From Scenedesmus sp. PABB004 (lineage: Eukaryota), in assembly GCA_014905635.1 (NCBI GenBank), contig JABVCE010000013.1, positions 1,054,001 to 1,118,000 on the forward strand: 64,000 bases of DNA, read 5' to 3'. Under the pieces are notes generated by a model. The model ran no database searches and was not told where the DNA came from. It worked only from the letters and a program-made list of their open reading frames with translations. The translations under genes and the position numbers were made by a program. This document shows, piece by piece, positions 1 through 12,400 of this stretch (position 1 is the stretch's first letter; each line of letters starts with the position of its first letter).

Positions 1-86
1 GTGGCGCGGCGGCTGTTGCGGCGCCCGGGCCGCGCACGGGCCGCGCCCGGCCGCGCGTAGCGACGCCCCGCCGCGCCGCGCCGCAG

Positions 87-893
87 GTCAAGGGCGAGCG
101 CCTGCTGCCGCTGTTCCGGGAGGCCAAGCTGCTGCAGGAGCGCGCGGCGAGCTTCCAGATCGAGCACGTGTATCGGTGCGGCGCGCGCGCGCAGACGCGC
201 CCTCGGCCGGCTGCCGCCGCCCGCGCGCGGGGCCGCCGACGCGAGGGCGCCTCCGCCGCGCCGCCGCCGCCGCCGCCGCGCTGGCCGCCCTGGCGGCAGG
301 GAGGACAACGCGCTCGCGGACGCGCTGTCCAACCTGGCGATGGACAGCGACGCCGCGGTCGACCGCGTCGTCGTGCAGGCGGCGGGCGGCGCCGACCGCG
401 GCGCGCTCGCGGGCCTGCTCGCGGCGGCGGCCAACGTGGACAGCGACGTGCGGCTCGTCAACGCGCTGCGCACCAGCCCCACCCTGCTGCGCGGCGCCGC
501 GGCGCTGCTGGCGCAGGTGTGGGACAACCAGCCCGAGGAGGAGGTCATCGCGCAGCTCTGCGAGCGCGGCTGGGACGACGACACCGGCGGGCCGCCCGTC
601 GCGCCGCTGCCGCTGCCGCTGCCGGACGGCGGCGGCGAGGGCGGCGGGGGCGGCGGTGACGGCGGCGGGCGGGGCCTGCAGGCCGTGGCCGTGGCGGCGG
701 TCACGCTGGGCGCGGGGTGGGGCCGGGAGATCCGGCGGCAGGAGGAGGTGCTGCGGCGAGAGCAGCTGCAGCACCAGCGGCAGCAGCAGCACCAGCACCA
801 GCACCAGCAGCAGGCCGGCGGCGGCGGCGGCGGTGGCCCGCCCGCTGCGCTGCGCGCGCAGCAGCGGCTTGCGGCCGGCTGGAGCTGGCAGGC

Positions 894-955
<62 letters not shown>

Positions 956-1362
956 TGGCGCACCCGCCGCAACATCCGGCGCTCGGCGGCGTGCTGGCGA
1001 TGCGGGCGGCTGGCCGCCCCAGCTGGCAGGGCGGCTGGCCAGCGGGCAGCAGCGGCCGGCAGCTGCCTGGCCTGGCGGGCGGCGGCAGGGCCCTGCCGCG
1101 CGTGCCGCCGTCCGTGCAGCCGCACCACGAGGCGCTGCGGCCGCGCTGGGGCGCCGGCTGCGGGCAAGCGCTGCGGAGCGGCAGCCCGCGCGGGCGCGCG
1201 GCGAGCATGGCGGTGACGGCCGCCGCGCTGGCGGCTGCGGGCCGGCTGTGGCGGCGGCGCGGGGGCGGCGGCGGCGCCGGCGGGGGCGGCGGCGGCGCCG
1301 GCGGGGGCGCCGGGCGGCAGCGCGCGGGGCGACAGGCTCAGCTGCGCGCGCTCTCGGCGTGA
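87..1362 (+). CDS. Ribonuclease HI (archaeal/plant RNH1-type), 3' part; 5' exons lie upstream of the window; long low-complexity polyQ C-terminal tail
   Basis: Exon 87-175 spliced (GT 176 ... AG 299) to exon 300-1362 gives VKGERLLPLFREAKLLQERAASFQIEHVYREDNALADALSNLAMD, matching the RNase HI C-terminal motif F.I.HV.RE.N..AD.L.N.AMD. Confidence 0.8.
895..954 (+). repeat. (CAG)20 trinucleotide repeat encoding polyQ in the RNase H tail
   Basis: Uninterrupted CAG run read directly from the sequence. Confidence 0.95.
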
Positions 1363-1859
1363 GGCTGGCGCCACGTGCAACTACGACACCGCGGCAAGCG
1401 CGCAGCTGAGGGTACCGCCGCGGGCAGGCCGTCAGCAGCGGCGGCGTCGTTTTGGCGGGTGACGCCCGCCGACCGCAGATCGGCGCAGGTCGCCGCCGGC
1501 GCTCGCCGTCGCCGCGCTCCCTTGCGCTGCCGTGGACCAGCGCGCGACCGCCCGGCCGGCCTGCGCGCCGCGCGCCCGCCACCAGCTCTTGCGCTCGGCC
1601 TGCCGAGCTCCTGGGCCGCGTCTTGGGCCTCGATCAATCCCGCGGGCACGTTGCGCTGCCACCCACCTCGCCGGCGCACCGCGTCGCGGCGGCGTCGACA
1701 AACCCGGCATCGGCAGCCTGGGCCGGCCTTCCCCAGCCCGCCCCGCCCTCGCCGCGTGGCCCGCAGGCCACGGTCGAAGCCCGCAACCCCCGCGTCGCGC
1801 GCTGGGGTGCAGCCGCTCATCATCAGCAGCCGCAGGGAGCAGTCGCCTGAGAGCGCAAG

Positions 1860-2572
1860 ATGGCCGGCGCCGGGGGCCCGCTGGAGGTGCCGGCATGGGG
1901 CGTCGCGCTGCTCTTCATCGGCTTCCTCGTGCTCACCCTCATCTGGGACAAGGCCATGCACTCGCTGGAGTGCCTGCTCAAGCGCAAGGGCAAGCGCGGC
2001 CTGCTCGAGGTGCGGCGCGGCCGGCGGCGGCGGCGAGGGCCGCCCGCGGCGCGCGGCGGCATCATCGAGCCCGCGCTGCGCGCAGGTGGTGCACCACCTC
2101 AAGGACGAGCTCCTGGCGGTGGGCGTGATCTCGCTGCTGCTGCCCTTCGTTGAGGTGCGCGGGGCGCGCGCGCGATCGGCGACGACCGCGCCGGCGCCGG
2201 CGGCGGCGGCCCGCCGTCGTCGCCCAGCCGCTCACGCACGGCGCTGCCCTGCTCCCCGGCCCGCCCTGGGCCTGGCGCTGCCCAGGTGTACATGATGCTG
2301 ATCTGCGTGCCCAAGGGCCTCGCGCTCTCGGCGCCCGCGTACGGCAAGGTCGGCGTGACCGGCGCGCGGCGCCTGCTCGCCGCGGCAGCGGCGCTGGCCG
2401 AGCCGGCCGGCCACGCGGCCGAGGCGGCCAGCCACTCGGCCGTGCCGCTCGGCGGCGGCGTCGGCGAGAAGGCGGACTACGCGACGAGCAGCAGCCACGC
2501 GTGCGGGCCGGGCAACGTGCAGCTCTACCCCGTCGAGGCCATCCACGGCACCCACATCTTCATCGCAATGGT

Positions 2573-2603
<31 letters not shown>

Positions 2604-5489
2604 TGCCGCGGGCCGCGCTGTGCTGCTGTGCTGGCGGGCGCGGCGGGGCGGCGGCGCGGGGCGGGCAGTGGCGCGTGGCCGGGCGGGCGGGCGGGCGCGG
2701 CCGCGCCGTCGGCCGAGCGCGCACGCGCCCCCTCCTCGCCGCCAGGTGGCCATCGTGCACATCGGCTACTCCTGCCTCAACATGCTGCTCTGCCTCGCGC
2801 GGGTGCGGCCGCCCACCCCGCCGCGCCGCGCACGCTGCCACGCGCCGCCGTGCGCGCGCCGCGCGCTGCTGCCGCCCGCCGCGCAACTTACGCGCCCGCG
2901 GCGCCCTGCCGCGCCCGCCGCGCCCGCCGCACCTGCGCCGCGCCCGCCGCCGCGCGCAGCTGCACCGCTGGCGGCGCTGGGAGGCGGCCGCGTGCGGGAG
3001 CCCCGTGATCCGCGTCAGCCAGCGCATCGTCGCGGCGCTCGCGCGCAACCCCTTCACCCACGGCCTCGTGTCGGTCGTCAGCCAGTTCAGCCTGAGCGTC
3101 AACCAGGACGTCTACTGCGCCGTGCGCCGCCTCTTCCTGGAGCAGCTCAAGCGCCAGACCGGCAGCGAGAAGCTGCCCTCGGCCTTCCCCTTCCTCAAAT
3201 TCGTCAAGGCACGGCGGCGCAGCCTGGGCCAGACGCACGCGCCGCGCGGGGGGCACGCGCGCACCACGCGTGCGCGCGCGCGCTGCGCGCCGCCGCAGCC
3301 GCCGCGCTCACCGCGCCGCGCCGCGCCGCGCCGCGCCGCGCCGCGCGCTCGCCGCCCCGCAGGAGACGACCGAGACGTCGCTGGGCAGCGTGATCGGCGT
3401 GTCGTGGTACATGTGGGGCTTTGCAGTCATCCACCTTATCATCCCATACCCCTACCGCGCCTACAGGTGAGCCCGCCGCCGGGCGCCGGTGCCCGCGGCC
3501 ACACGGCGCGCCGCTGGCGGCTGCCGCCGCCGGTGGCCGAGCGGTCACCGCCGTGTGTTGTTTGTTTGTTTGCTGTGCGCGGTGCGCGACTGCCGCCACG
3601 AGCGCCGCCACCAGCACGCGCCCGTCCACGCGCCCGCCCACCCGCCCGCGCCCGCGCGCCGCGCCGCCGCGCCCGCAGTCTGGTGGCCATCTGCGTCGTT
3701 GGAATGATCCTCATGCTCATCGCCGGCGCCAAGCTGCACAGCGTGGTCGTGCACCTCGCGGCACGCGCGCAGGCGCTGTACGGCGTCGAGTCGATCGCGG
3801 AGCACGCGGCGAGCGTGTCGATGCGGCGCGAGAGCTTCCTGACGTCGCGCGGCTCCGCCGAGGTGCCGGCGCTGCCGGCGGGCAAGGACGCCGCCGCGGT
3901 GCCGAGCAAGGACGCGGACGACGCGCCGAGGTGCGCGGGCGGCGCGGCGCACGCGCGCGCGCGGGCGGCGTGCGGCGGCAGCGGCGGCGCGGAGCCCGCG
4001 CGCGCGCGCCGGCGGCCGGCGCAGCGCCCCAGCGCGCCTCGCGGCCCCCGCACACCCGCGCCCGCCCGCCCGCCCGCGCCGCCCGCCCGCCCCGCCCGCC
4101 CGCCCGCCCGGCGCGCCGCAGCCGCGTGAGCAGCGCGCAGAGCGATGCGCGGCCGCGGTCGCCCGCCTTTGGCGCGGCCGCCAAGCCGCAGCACCGCATC
4201 CGCCACCACCTGCACAAGCAGCGCGCCGGCATCGGCCGCCTCCACGACGGCATGACGCACCGCATCAAGACCGACGAGGCGCTCGAGGAGCTCTTCTGGT
4301 GCGCGCGCGATCTCCACAGCGCGATCTCCACAGCGCCGCGCAACCCGCCGCGCGCCCCCCGCCCGGCCCCACGCCGCGCCACCGCGCCGCCGCGCCCGCG
4401 TTCTCACGCGCGCCCGCCCGCCCGTGCCCGCCGCCCGCAGGTTCAAGCGCCCCAAGCTCATCCTGTTTTTCTACAAGATCGCCTTCTTTGAGAGCGCCTT
4501 CTGCCTCACGCTGCTGCTCTTCGGGCTCTGGTGCGCGGCGGAGCCGTTGTCCAGGGCTGACGGGAGGGTTGACCGAGGCTTCTTCGCGCCCAGCCGCCCC
4601 GGCCGGCCGCGCCGCCGCGACCGACCGCGCGCGCCGCGCCGCGCCGCCTGCTGCCTTTTTTTGCAGGAAGGACAACCAGTTCCTGCCCGACTTCAAGTAC
4701 TACCGCGGGCAGTTTGTGGCCTACATCATCGTCTTCATCGTCAACATCGGCCTCTGCGTCTACCAGGCACGCGGTGCACACGCGCACATGCGCCGCGGCG
4801 GGGGGATGCGCGGGGCGGCGGCGCGCAGGGCGGCGGGGATTCGCAGGGCGGCGGCGGCGCGGCGGCGGCGGCGTGGCGGCGGCGCGGCGGCGGCGCGCAG
4901 CAGCGGGAGCGGGGGAGCGCCGTGCGCGGGGGAGGCGGGCGCCTCACGCCGCCACGCGCCGCCCGCCCGCCCGCATGCACGGCCACGCGCGGGATGCGCA
5001 GAGCGGCGCGGTGCTGCCTGTTTATGCCCTGGTCAGCACGGCGGACAGCCAGGCGGTCACCGCGGCGGGCCTCTTCCTCAGCGCCAACCTCAGGCGCGCA
5101 CCCGCCGTCGCCGCGGGCCCTGCGCGCCGCCGCCGCCGCGGGCCTCGTGCGCCGCCGCGGGCGCCGCGCGCCGCCGTCGACCCGCCCCGCCCCGCGCTCT
5201 GCTGCCGCCGCCGCCGCGCAGGCACAAGGAGGCGCGCGCGGCGGGCGAGGAGGCGGTGTCGCGCAAGGAGGCGCACGAGGCGATCCTCAAGCTCCAGGTG
5301 CTCAACACCATCAACATGCTGCACAACCTGGGCGGCCCCAGCAACGGCGGCGCCCGCGCGCCCATCACGGGCCACGGCTGGGCGCGCGTGCGCGCGGCGC
5401 TGCACCAGGGCGCGTTTGCGCCCGGCGGCGCCGCCGCGGCGGGGCGCGACGCCGCGCCGGAGCGCGACCTCGAGGCGGGCGCGCCCTGA
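1860..5489 (+). CDS. MLO: MLO-family seven-transmembrane protein (multi-exon)
   Basis: Spliced product has MLO hallmarks: LEVPAWGVALL...LKDELLAVGVISLLL, CGPGNVQLYPVEAIHGTHIFIAMVAIVHIGYS, WRRWE, VIGVSWYMWGFAV, EELFW|FKRPKLILFF, VLPVYALVS. Stop at 5489. Confidence 0.92.
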
Positions 5490-6535
5490 GCAGCAGCGCG
5501 GCGGGGCGCGGACGTCCAAGGGGAGGGGGGGGAGGGGCTCGAGCGGGCGCTGTGCTGCTGCGCGCGTTGACGCGCGGCGCCGCTGCCACATGCCGATGCC
5601 GCGCGCCGGCTGCGAGCGCACGTTGAAAATGAGTTGAATAGCGGGCGCGGCGTCTGCCGCCGCGGGTGCGTCGTGGGCGAGGCGTATGCCAAGAAAGGGC
5701 GGGTTGCTTGCGTTGCTTGGCAGCGCCAAGCGCATGAATGACTGCCGCGCGGCGCCCCGCGGGCCGCCGCCGCGCCGGCCGGACTCGGCCTATGAATTGC
5801 TGTGCAGCGTAGCGGGTCACGAGGACATGTCGGACGGTGTGCACCCGGTGGGGTTTCAAATGGCTGAGGTGCTGGGACCGCCAATGGAGTCGGGGGTTTC
5901 CATCGCGCTGGCGGCGTGCTCGGCACTTGCAGAACTAGGCTTGTGCCGCGCCAGTGCAGCAACGGCTCGACTGAACTGGAGTCCGGCAGTGGTGTGCCGC
6001 CGGGCGGCAGCGCTGCAAGGGATCGCTGGCCCGTGTGTGGACGCGCGAGGCGGCTGCGCGCGCCGGCCGCCCGCGCCCTGGACCGCGCGCCGCGCCCTGA
6101 ACCGCGCGCGCCGCGCCTGGTCCGCGGCGCCCGCCGCCGTGCTCAGAGCCCGGCTGCCCCGCACAGCTGCGCGGCCCGACGCCCAGCAGCAGCTGCGCAC
6201 GCGCCGTCCACGCAGCAGCAGCGCCCGCCGCGCGCCGCAGCGCCGCCGCAGGCCTCGCCCTCCGCGGGGCGACCTCGACTTGCGCGCCCGGCGCTGGTCG
6301 CCACCGCACGCACCCCCCGGCGCGCCCGTGGCGAGGGCAGCGCGGCGCCGCTGGCCGCGGGCGCGCCGCCGCCAGCGCGCACAGCCTCTCCCGGCCAGCC
6401 GCTCAAGCCGCTCCCTGCCCGCCGACCGGCCAGGCGCGTGCTGCCGACGCCGCCGGCGCACGCTGCGCGCCACACGCGCACGGCCGCGCCGTCGACGCCG
6501 CCGCTGCTGCCGCGTTTGCAGGGGTGCGCGCTGCG

Positions 6536-7248
6536 ATGTCTGACAAGGCCAGCGGCGGGCGGGCTGGCCCCAGCAGGCGGCAGGCCGCCCGGGCGACGCC
6601 CAGCGGCGACGCCAGTGCGGCAGGCGCGGCAGGCGCGGCGGCCGCTGGGCAGCAGCAGCGCGAGGCGGGCGGCAAGCGCGCACGCCACGCCAGCGAAGAT
6701 GCCGCGCCGCCGGCCAAGAGGCGGGGCGTGGCCAAGGCCGAGCCCAAGCCCGACGCGGCGGCGGACCCGCAGCAGGCGGTGCTGGCCGCGCTGCAGCAGG
6801 GCGAGCAGGGCGCGGCAGCGGCGCAGCTGGCGGCCATGGCGCAGCCGGCCTTCCTGGACAGCCTGGGCGCAGCCTTGCAGCCGCGCGGTGGCGCCGTGCG
6901 CCTGCTGGCAGCGCTGGCGGAGCCGGCGCACGCGCAGATGGGGCGCCTGCTGCGCATCGCCTCTGACGGCGGCGAGCCCGAGGCGGCGCGCGTGGCGGTG
7001 CGCGTCGTCTGGCAGGCGTTTGACCTGGCGGGCGCAGCGCCGATGCTGGAGGCCGTGCTGGCGGCCGAGCAGGGCGTGCTCCTGCTGCTGCGCGCCTGCA
7101 GCGTGCAGCAGCAGGCGGCGGGCGGCCAGGCGGGCGAGCCCGACCTGGAGGACGTGGCCGCCCGCATCACCAGGGCCGCGACCAGCAGCTCCTGGCCACA
7201 GCTGGTGCCTGCTCTCGTGGAGGTGATTGCACAAGAGCAGCAGCAGCC

Positions 7249-7305
<57 letters not shown>

Positions 7306-8558
7306 GCGGCGCTGGTGTGCTGCAGCAGCGACCGAGCTGCTGGACGAGGTGACCCAGGCCCGTGCGTGTGCGCAAGAGCTGCTGGCACCTCACGCCGCGA
7401 CGCTGCTGTCGGCGGCGATGCAGCGCGGCGAGGACGCACAGATGCAGATTTTGGCAGTCAAGGCCGCCAGGAGAGTCTCTGCTCACGCCAGCCTGCGGCC
7501 GATGCTGCCTGAGCTCCTGCAGCTGATCGCTGCTGCCGGGAGCACGCAGCTGCAGGTGGACACAGGCATACGGGTGGGGGCTTTGGTTGGGCTGCGCAGC
7601 GCGGCGGGGCGGCACGTGCTGGTGCAGCACGCCGGCGCTGTCGCGGGCGCGGTGGCGGCGGTCCTGCGCATGCCGTTCTCGGGCGGGGCGGCGTTCGGGT
7701 ATCGAAGCTATAGCCGGCAGCAGGATGCGTTTGCACTCATCACTTGTGGCACAGCATGGCGCGTCGCAGCTGGCGCAGGCGGGGGCGCCGCTGGTGCAGC
7801 TCGTGGACGCGTTTGCCAGCCTTCCTTCCGGCACAGGTGGCATTGTTTCCGACACAGACATTGGCAGCGCTGTCCAGGTGCTGGCGCTGCTCGTGCCACT
7901 GCCGGCCGCGCACCCCGTGCTGCTGCGGAGCGAGGGCCTGGACCTGCTGGTGGGAATGACGGATCGGTATGTTTGGTATGGGATCGGCGGCGGCGAGCAG
8001 CGCGTGTCCGCGTGCCTGCGCAGCCTGGGCGTGCTGCTGGCGCACTCGCGCGCTGCGGCGGCCGGCGGCGACGCCGCCCGCGCGCGGCTGGGCGCCGCCG
8101 TGACCGTGGAGCACGTGCAGCTCCTGGTGGACGGGCTGGCGCGTGTCGAGCGCAGAGACTTGCACGTGGAGCGCGCCGTGTGCCTCTGGGCCTGCTTGCT
8201 CGCCGAGGTGCCGCGCGCCCAGCTGTGCGTGGGGCTGTTCCTGGACCAGCTGAGGGCCCTTGTGGAGCGGGTGGCGGCTGAGCAGCAGCGCACGGGGGAC
8301 GGCGACGGGGCAGCCGCCCTGCTCGCTGAGCTGGAGGCAGCCGCTGCCGCCGTCGCGGCGCTGCGGCAGGAGGCGGTGCGCGCGCGGCTGGACACGCAGC
8401 AGCTGGCGGTGAAGTGCGCCGAGGCGTGCCTGCGCGCGCACACGGTGCCCGGCGACGGCAGGCACGCGGCGCTCGCGTCTGCGGTGTCGCGCAAGCTCGC
8501 AGCGGCGCTCGTGGCGCACGAGACACTCGCGGCGGACGTGGCGCGCTTTTGCGGCTGA
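6536..8558 (+). pseudogene. Intronless alpha-helical (ARM/HEAT-like) protein gene, copy A, frameshifted at ~7747
   Basis: Paralog of the intact ORF at 23971-25986. Here the reading frame is split between ORF 6524..8281 and ORF 7587..8558 because atcacttgtggcacag is 2 nt shorter than atcacttgtgtcgcgcag in copy B. Confidence 0.75.
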
Positions 8559-9491
8559 GCTCGGCCTCTTGAGAGGGCGCTCGTGTGGCCCTCGGTCGGT
8601 GACGGTTGAGTTGCGAGGCGATGTGTGTTAAGTGACACATCACGCCGTACGACGTGCAGCCGCCAGACCCGTTCGTTCGCGGTCCGGCCAGCGCAAGCTG
8701 GCGAGCCCCCGATCAAGAGGGGCAAGCCAGGTTCGAGGATCAGTCCAGTTCAAGGACCACTCAGCCACAGCCACAGCCGCAAGCGGATGAAGCAAGGGGA
8801 TGAGCGCGCAAGCAAGGGAATGCGCGGCCAAGGCAAGAAGAAGGGAATGACGCTGGGCGCACGCCTGCAGGGCACAGGCACGTGCCTGCTCCGCACAGGT
8901 GCCCGCATATACCTTCTCCGCGTTTCTGTCTGGTAAGGGTAAGTAAGAAAAGAAGGCCGGACTAATGAGGCTGCACATGGTAGCTGGTGCGCCCTCCAGC
9001 TAGCTCAACTGAATGCAGCTAAAGCCCCCGCCCAACACCCACAGACGCGCGCTTGACAAGGACAAAAACCATGGTGTTTGCCCCACCCACCCCAGCTGGA
9101 AGGTTTATCCATGCCCGCACTGCGCGCCTGGTAGGCGTTCGTGCAGGCGGCTGCTGTGCAGGTGCGCCCAGCCCTGCGACGTACGTGGTGCAACTCGCGT
9201 CGCCGCAAGACGCCCCGTGACGCGCCTCTTGGGCCGCAGCCAGAAAAAAAGCAGGGCTTTAGGACGCGGCGCTGGCCGCGTGGCCCGGCCGCATTATGCA
9301 ACGCGTGCTGCCGCACGAGGCCACCCGACGCGGCCGCGGGCCCGCAGTCGTTCAAAGGGGCCTCGCCGTGGCGTCGGCCGCGCGTGTGCCGAGGAGACTC
9401 GATGCGCAGAGACTCCTTGGCGCGGGCTCCAACGCTGCGGTCAACCTGGGCCCCCTGTCGGCACGTTATTCCGCGCCGCCGCCGAGCGCTC

Positions 9492-12400
9492 TCAGCCCTG
9501 CGCGCCCGGCAGCTGGCTGTTGGGCGCGACGCACGCGGTGCCCTTGTTGTTTGGCTCCTGGCCCGCCGGGCACGCGCGGCAGGCGTCGGTGGTGCCGTCG
9601 TTGAAGGCGGGCGGGCTCTGGCTGCGGCAGTGCAGCGTGCAGGGCTCCTTGGCGCCAGCGGCGTCACCGTAACCAGCGTCGCAGACTGCGGCGCGAGGCG
9701 GGCAGGGCGGGCGTCAGCGCTGCCGGCAGAGCAGTGCGTGGGAAAGCGCGCGCTGCGCTGCGCTGCGCTGCGCTGTGCTGCGCTGCGCCGCGCGCCGCCG
9801 CTGTGCTGCCCTGACGCCGCAGCGCAGATGCTCACCAGACGCAGCCAGCGGCGTGCAGAAGCTCGCGCCCGCCTGTGAGGTCTCGTCCGCGTCGCAGGCC
9901 TGGCAGCTGCCAAACATGCCGTTGTTGAACGTGCCGGGCGCGCACTGCGTCGTGCACGCCGGCGCGCCGCCGTAGCCGGCGTTGCAGGCTGCGCAGCGGC
10001 GGGCGTGGCGGGCGGCGGGGTCAGCGGGCGGGCCGGGACGAGTGCGCGTGGGCCGCCGCGGGGGGTGGCGCGCACACGTCAGCAGGCGCGTGCGCGCGGC
10101 AGCGCACACTCACTTGTCCGGGGGACGGCGACACACTCCGCCAGCGCGCGCGCGCCGGCCGCCGAGCTGGTGCCGGCAGGGCAGGGCTCGCAGTCCCGGA
10201 AGGTGCCGTCGTTGTAGGTGCCGGCGGGGCAGCGCTGCTCGCACGTGAACAGGCCGCCCGTGCCGGCGGGGCACTTGGCGTCCGGCGCGCGGCTGAGGTC
10301 GGCGCGGCCCCAGTCGGGGCTCGCAAACCAGCTGCGCACGCCGATCTGGTCCTCGCCGCCGCGCAGCGCAAAGCCCTTGCCGGGGACGTAGATCCAGCCC
10401 CAGCACGCCGCGTTGGTGGCGCACTTGGCGGCGCAGGCGGCCTCGTCGGCGCACTCGCCCCACGACACCGCGTCCACCGCCTCCACCAGCGCCCGGTCCG
10501 GCGGCGTGCCGACCTTGCCCGCCGCCGCGAGCGCGGCCATGGGCGCGCCCATCGCGCAGCGCGCAAACGCGCCGGCGCCGGTCTGCTGCGTCGTCTTTGC
10601 GGTGACCTTGTCGGCGCTCGCGCCGGCCACGAGCTGGCTCGGCGGCAGCTTGTAGAAGAACGCCGCGCCAGAGTAGGCGGGGCCCACGGGCGCGAGCTCG
10701 GCGCGCTTGCACGTGCCCGCGCCGCCGGCCTCCCACTGCACCACGCAGCACTGGCTCGGGTCGCACGCGGCCATGCAGGCCGCCATGTCGGCCGCGCCGG
10801 CGTCGACGGCAAAGAGCGAGTCCGGCAGCGCCAGGCGCGCGCCGGCGGGCGCCGGCAGCTGCGCGTAGCGCGGCACGCAGCCGTCCACGCCGGTCGCGGA
10901 GGTGAAGGTCACGCCGTAGGACGTGTACTTGTCACCCACGGGGTGGTTGAACGCCGTGGAGGGGCAGGCCGAGCACCACAGGCTGCTGCCGTCCTGCGTC
11001 TTGCCGCTCTCGCAGGGCGCGCAGTCGCTCGTGCTCGTGCTGTTGGGCTTGGACGACGGGATGCCCCAGCCAGGCGCGCACACTGCGGGACGCGCGGACA
11101 AACAACAGGGACGAGAGGCAGAGAGAGGTGAGCGGGCGGCCGGACAGGGCGCGGCGAGCGCCCGAGGCCAGCACCGCACAGCGTGGCGGCGCGCGGCCGC
11201 GGCGCTCACCGTCGCAGGCGGCCGAGCCGGCGGCGGACGACCACTGCCCGCGCGGGCAGGGGAGGCAGGTGGGGTTGCGGCTGGGCTGGCCGGCATCGCT
11301 GTCTCCGGGCTGGTAGAGGCCGGCAGGGCAGGCCACAGCGGGCATGCTCGCGTCCGCGTTGGCCGGCGCCCAGGGCTGCGCCGCGTCGTTGGAGAAGACG
11401 CCGTACCCGGGCGGGACCTTGCAGTCGCGCACGGAGGCCTGGAAGGTGCCGTTGCCGGGCACGTACGCGGTCACGCGGCCGTCGGGGCAGAGCTGGCACG
11501 GCCCCATGCGGCCCTTGGGCGCGTACGAGTTGTCGGGGCACTGGTTGGCGCCCTCGCTGGTGTAACTGTAGCCCTTGGGGTTCTTGCAGTCGTTGAAGCC
11601 CGCCGAGCCCGGCGCCGAGAGCAGGTTGCTCGGGCAGGGCTTGCACGGCGCTGCGCCGAGGCCGTAGACCGTGGTGACCGCGCCATACATGTTGGCGGGG
11701 CAGGGCTTGATCGCCATGTACGCGTTGTACGTGCCGTTGGCAAACAGGGACGTGTCCAGGCCCATGCCCCAGCCCGGCAGGATGTCTGCGCATGGGCGGC
11801 GAGCCGGCGGCGCGGCAAGGCGAGTCAGCGACGGCCGCGGGCGCGGCGCTGCGCGCGTGAGGCGCGCGCCCGGGGCGGGCGCCGGCGCCGGTGCTCACAG
11901 CAGGCGGTGGACGTGGACGCGACGTAGCCGGGGCGCGGGTCGTTCGGCACGAGGCCGGCAGAGGCCTCGTCGACGTCCACGAGCGCCGCCAGGATGTCCT
12001 TGCCGCACGCCGTGCACGCGGCCGCGCTGTCGGCGCCGCTCGCCTCGGACACGGCCACCCAGCCGGTGCGGTAGTAGCCCTGCCCGGTCGCGACGTCCGT
12101 CACGCACTTGTCGAGCCGCGGCGCCGCGCCGGGCGCGGTCTTGATGTAGTAGCCGGGCGGGACCGCTGCGCAAGCGCGCGGCAGCGCGGTCGGCGGCCCG
12201 CGGCGGCAGGGCGCGGCGGCGGCAGCGCGCGAGCGCGGCGGGGTAGGCGGCGGGCAGCGCCGCGCGGCCGCGCGCACCGCAGTCGTCGGCGGTCGTGGAG
12301 CCCACGTCGCGCGTGGTGGCGGCCGAGGGGCAGCGGATGCAGGCCAGGGTGGTGCCGTTGCCGAAGAAGCCGATCGGGCAAAAGCTGACGTTGGTGGGGT

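Noticed and set aside
87..1362. RNase H as part of a retrotransposon
   Set aside because: The domain is interrupted by spliceosomal introns, and no RT, integrase or LTR is visible; it looks like a cellular gene.
8981..9004. Hairpin plus CTAG as a Helitron 3' end
   Set aside because: The CTAG overlaps the stem rather than lying about 10 nt downstream, and it does not coincide with a duplication boundary.
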